Shown here one piece after another: positions 55,467 to 57,002 of a DNA stretch of 57,002 nucleotides. Under the pieces are notes generated by a model. It ran no database searches and had not been told where the DNA came from. It was given only the letters and a program-made list of their open reading frames with translations. The position numbers were made by a program, and so were the translations under genes. Every line of letters begins with the position of its first letter. Position 1 is the stretch's first letter. This stretch comes from a virus. Lineage: Duplodnaviria > Caudoviricetes. The stretch covers positions 1-57,002 of the IMG/VR virus record IMGVR_UViG_3300020045_013711; one strand, given 5' to 3'.

Positions 55467-55988
55467 TTATTTTAAATTATTTGGAACACTCTCTAAATCT
55501 TTACATTTAAAAAAATTAAGAGTTTTTTCATCATTTTCAAAAAAAACACCTACATTTTTCGCATTTGATAAATCAATATTTTCAATTTTACGAGTCCAAA
55601 AACCCATTCTTGAATCAATTCCTAAATGAAAAGAATATGGATAACTGCTATAAGTATATGCATGTTCTTTTTTAGAATAAGGATTTATTTCTCCTGTTGG
55701 ATAAACAGTTACTTTATCATCAGGAATAGATACAGCAACGATTGTAGCTTTGTAAGATTTTTTACCTATTACAAAATCAACTTCAAAGCCAATAAGATTG
55801 TTTAATTTTTCAAATTTCAACCTATCTTCATTACTTAGTTTTAATGCGTTTTTATAAGCTGTTTTGTTTGGTGCAGAAAAACTGCCCTCCCATTTATATT
55901 CATCAGTATAACCATAATCATATTCCGTAACCGAACGGCTAACAACCGCTTGCTTTTCAGCTTTTTTATTTGTGATTTCTGTTTTCAT
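55467..55988 (-). CDS. hypothetical protein (cassette cargo)
   Basis: 173 aa; start inside attC 3 loop. Confidence 0.7.
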   Translation of the reverse strand: MKTEITNKKAEKQAVVSRSVTEYDYGYTDEYKWEGSFSAPNKTAYKNALKLSNEDRLKFEKLNNLIGFEVDFVIGKKSYKATIVAVSIPDDKVTVYPTGEINPYSKKEHAYTYSSYPYSFHLGIDSRMGFWTRKIENIDLSNAKNVGVFFENDEKTLNFFKCKDLESVPNNLK

Positions 55989-56071
55989 GGTCTGTATTTT
56001 TTAGTATTTGTTATTAGGTAAATATGGTTTTGTGTTTTTTCAAGCCGAAAAACAAGCGACAAACGTTATGA
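55937..56071 (+). repeat. attC-like site 3
   Basis: ACGGCTAAC pairs with GTTAGCCGT (55208); arms cgcttgcttttcagctt / aagccgaaaaacaagcg; GTT at 56065. Confidence 0.9.
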
Positions 56072-56088
56072 GTAAGCTATTTAGCAAC

Positions 56089-56331
56089 TTAATACATATC
56101 TAAATTTGCCGAAATATCATCTCTAATATCGCTTATTATCTTTTTTAAATTTTCTTCTCCTTCGGTGTCTTTTTCAAATTCAAAGGAGTAAAAATTAGTT
56201 GTCAAATCATATTGTAAAATAGGCTTTTTTAATTGAGCTAATTTTGCCAATTCATTCATAAAAGGCTCAGCTCTTTTTAAGAAATCTTCTTTTGCTCTTC
56301 TTAATTGTTCGGATGTTGCAGTTGTATTCAT
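56089..56331 (-). CDS. hypothetical protein (cassette cargo)
   Basis: 80 aa ORF filling the cassette. Confidence 0.65.
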   Translation of the reverse strand: MNTTATSEQLRRAKEDFLKRAEPFMNELAKLAQLKKPILQYDLTTNFYSFEFEKDTEGEENLKKIISDIRDDISANLDMY

Positions 56332-56355
56332 AATTATTGTGGATATCTAGCCTAC

Positions 56356-56487
56356 TCATAACAACAGCTACATTTCAGCGTTTTATTGGTGATTAATTTG
56401 ATTATATTTTTGTGCTTCAATCATTCGGCAAATCCGAGGAATTGTCTGTGTTTGACCACGCCGAAATTGTAGCTGCGGCCGTTAGGG
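56356..56487 (+). repeat. attC-like site 4
   Basis: TACTCATAAC pairs with GTTATGAGTA (56065); arms cagctacatttcagcg / cgccgaaattgtagctg (one bulged T); GTT at 56481. Confidence 0.9.
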
Positions 56488-56500
56488 ATAACCGCCTATG

Positions 56501-56764
56501 TTAGCCCTTAAATTCAGGTAAAATTCCTAAATAGAAAAATTTACCATTAATACTATTTACAGTCATATATGTGAACACTTTTTTGCCTTTATGATTTTCA
56601 AAAGAATCACAAGCGTCACCGCCCTGCTGGGCATATTCACTTGAATAATGAGTTGGCACACATTCTAAAATATTAAGATATAATGCTTCATCTATTTCAC
56701 AAGGTTCGTTTAGATATTTATCCATATCTAAATTTGATTTTTTCCAATTTTTTAATGTTTTCAT
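56501..56764 (-). CDS. hypothetical protein (cassette cargo)
   Basis: 87 aa ORF filling the cassette. Confidence 0.7.
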   Translation of the reverse strand: MKTLKNWKKSNLDMDKYLNEPCEIDEALYLNILECVPTHYSSEYAQQGGDACDSFENHKGKKVFTYMTVNSINGKFFYLGILPEFKG

Positions 56765-56797
56765 AATTTAAAATTTGATTAATAATTCGTGGTATAT

Positions 56798-56889
56798 CCC
56801 TAACAGCGTATATAAGAGATACGCTAGACGTTCAGTTTTTCAGTTTATATTTTGGGGCGGCGTACCTCCCATATACGCAACCGTTATAG
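56798..56889 (+). repeat. attC-like site 5 (short class)
   Basis: TATCCCTAAC pairs with GTTAGGGATA (56481); arms gcgtatataagagatacgct / ggcgtacctcccatatacgc; GTT at 56883. Confidence 0.9.
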
Positions 56890-57002
56890 CACATTGCTAC
56901 ATTTACGTTTTTATAAGTTAATTTTTCAACTCTATTTCTGGTTTTTTATTACCTAAGTAATTACATTTAAGATATTTTAATTCTAACGCTTTACCTTTTC
57001 TT

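Larger units (their letters stand above)
53981..57002 (+). mobile_element. integron-like cassette array, proximal arm (5 complete cassettes plus 1 partial)
   Basis: same cassette/attC organisation as 1825-11411. Confidence 0.9.

Noticed and set aside
2013-55629. Plus-strand ORF-track calls (e.g. 2013, 3180, 6246, 7290, 8309, 11269, 12194, 23945, 29949, 46029, 55438)
   Set aside because: Shadow frames antisense to well-supported minus-strand genes or running through attC sites.
56909-57002. Exact circular closure of the window
   Set aside because: Only a 2-nt TT overlap; it would join two partial ORFs in frame but is not significant, and cassette end pairs do not match across the join.

Overview
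AT-rich, near-complete Bacteroidota (Flavobacterium-like) siphovirus or prophage genome with almost every gene on the minus strand. Phage modules: packaging (TerS, TerL, SPP1-type portal, 11.9-15.4 kb), replication/recombination (C5 MTase, NinG, initiator with internal repeats, MBL hydrolase, RecT, NUMOD4-HNH, Rad50-like ATPase, 16.8-32.4 kb), lysis (32.5-34.7 kb), tail and head (34.9-51.9 kb) and a tRNA-Trp. The main observation is an integron-like gene-cassette system carried by the phage. A 266-aa tyrosine recombinase (53128-53928) that lacks the IntI-specific insertion is followed by an attI-like GTT site (53981) and by 21 attC-like imperfect palindromes (TAAC...CGTTA), 5 at 54.6-56.9 kb and 16 at 1.8-11.4 kb. 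These delimit 20 complete cassettes whose two ends are reverse complements of each other. Unlike classical integrons, every cassette ORF is inverted relative to attI/attC polarity, six ORFs start inside their own attC loop, and the cargo includes three DNA adenine/amino-methyltransferases. The two array arms are probably one array split by linearisation, but this is an inference because the window ends do not overlap. Product calls come from motif recognition by eye; no database searches were run.
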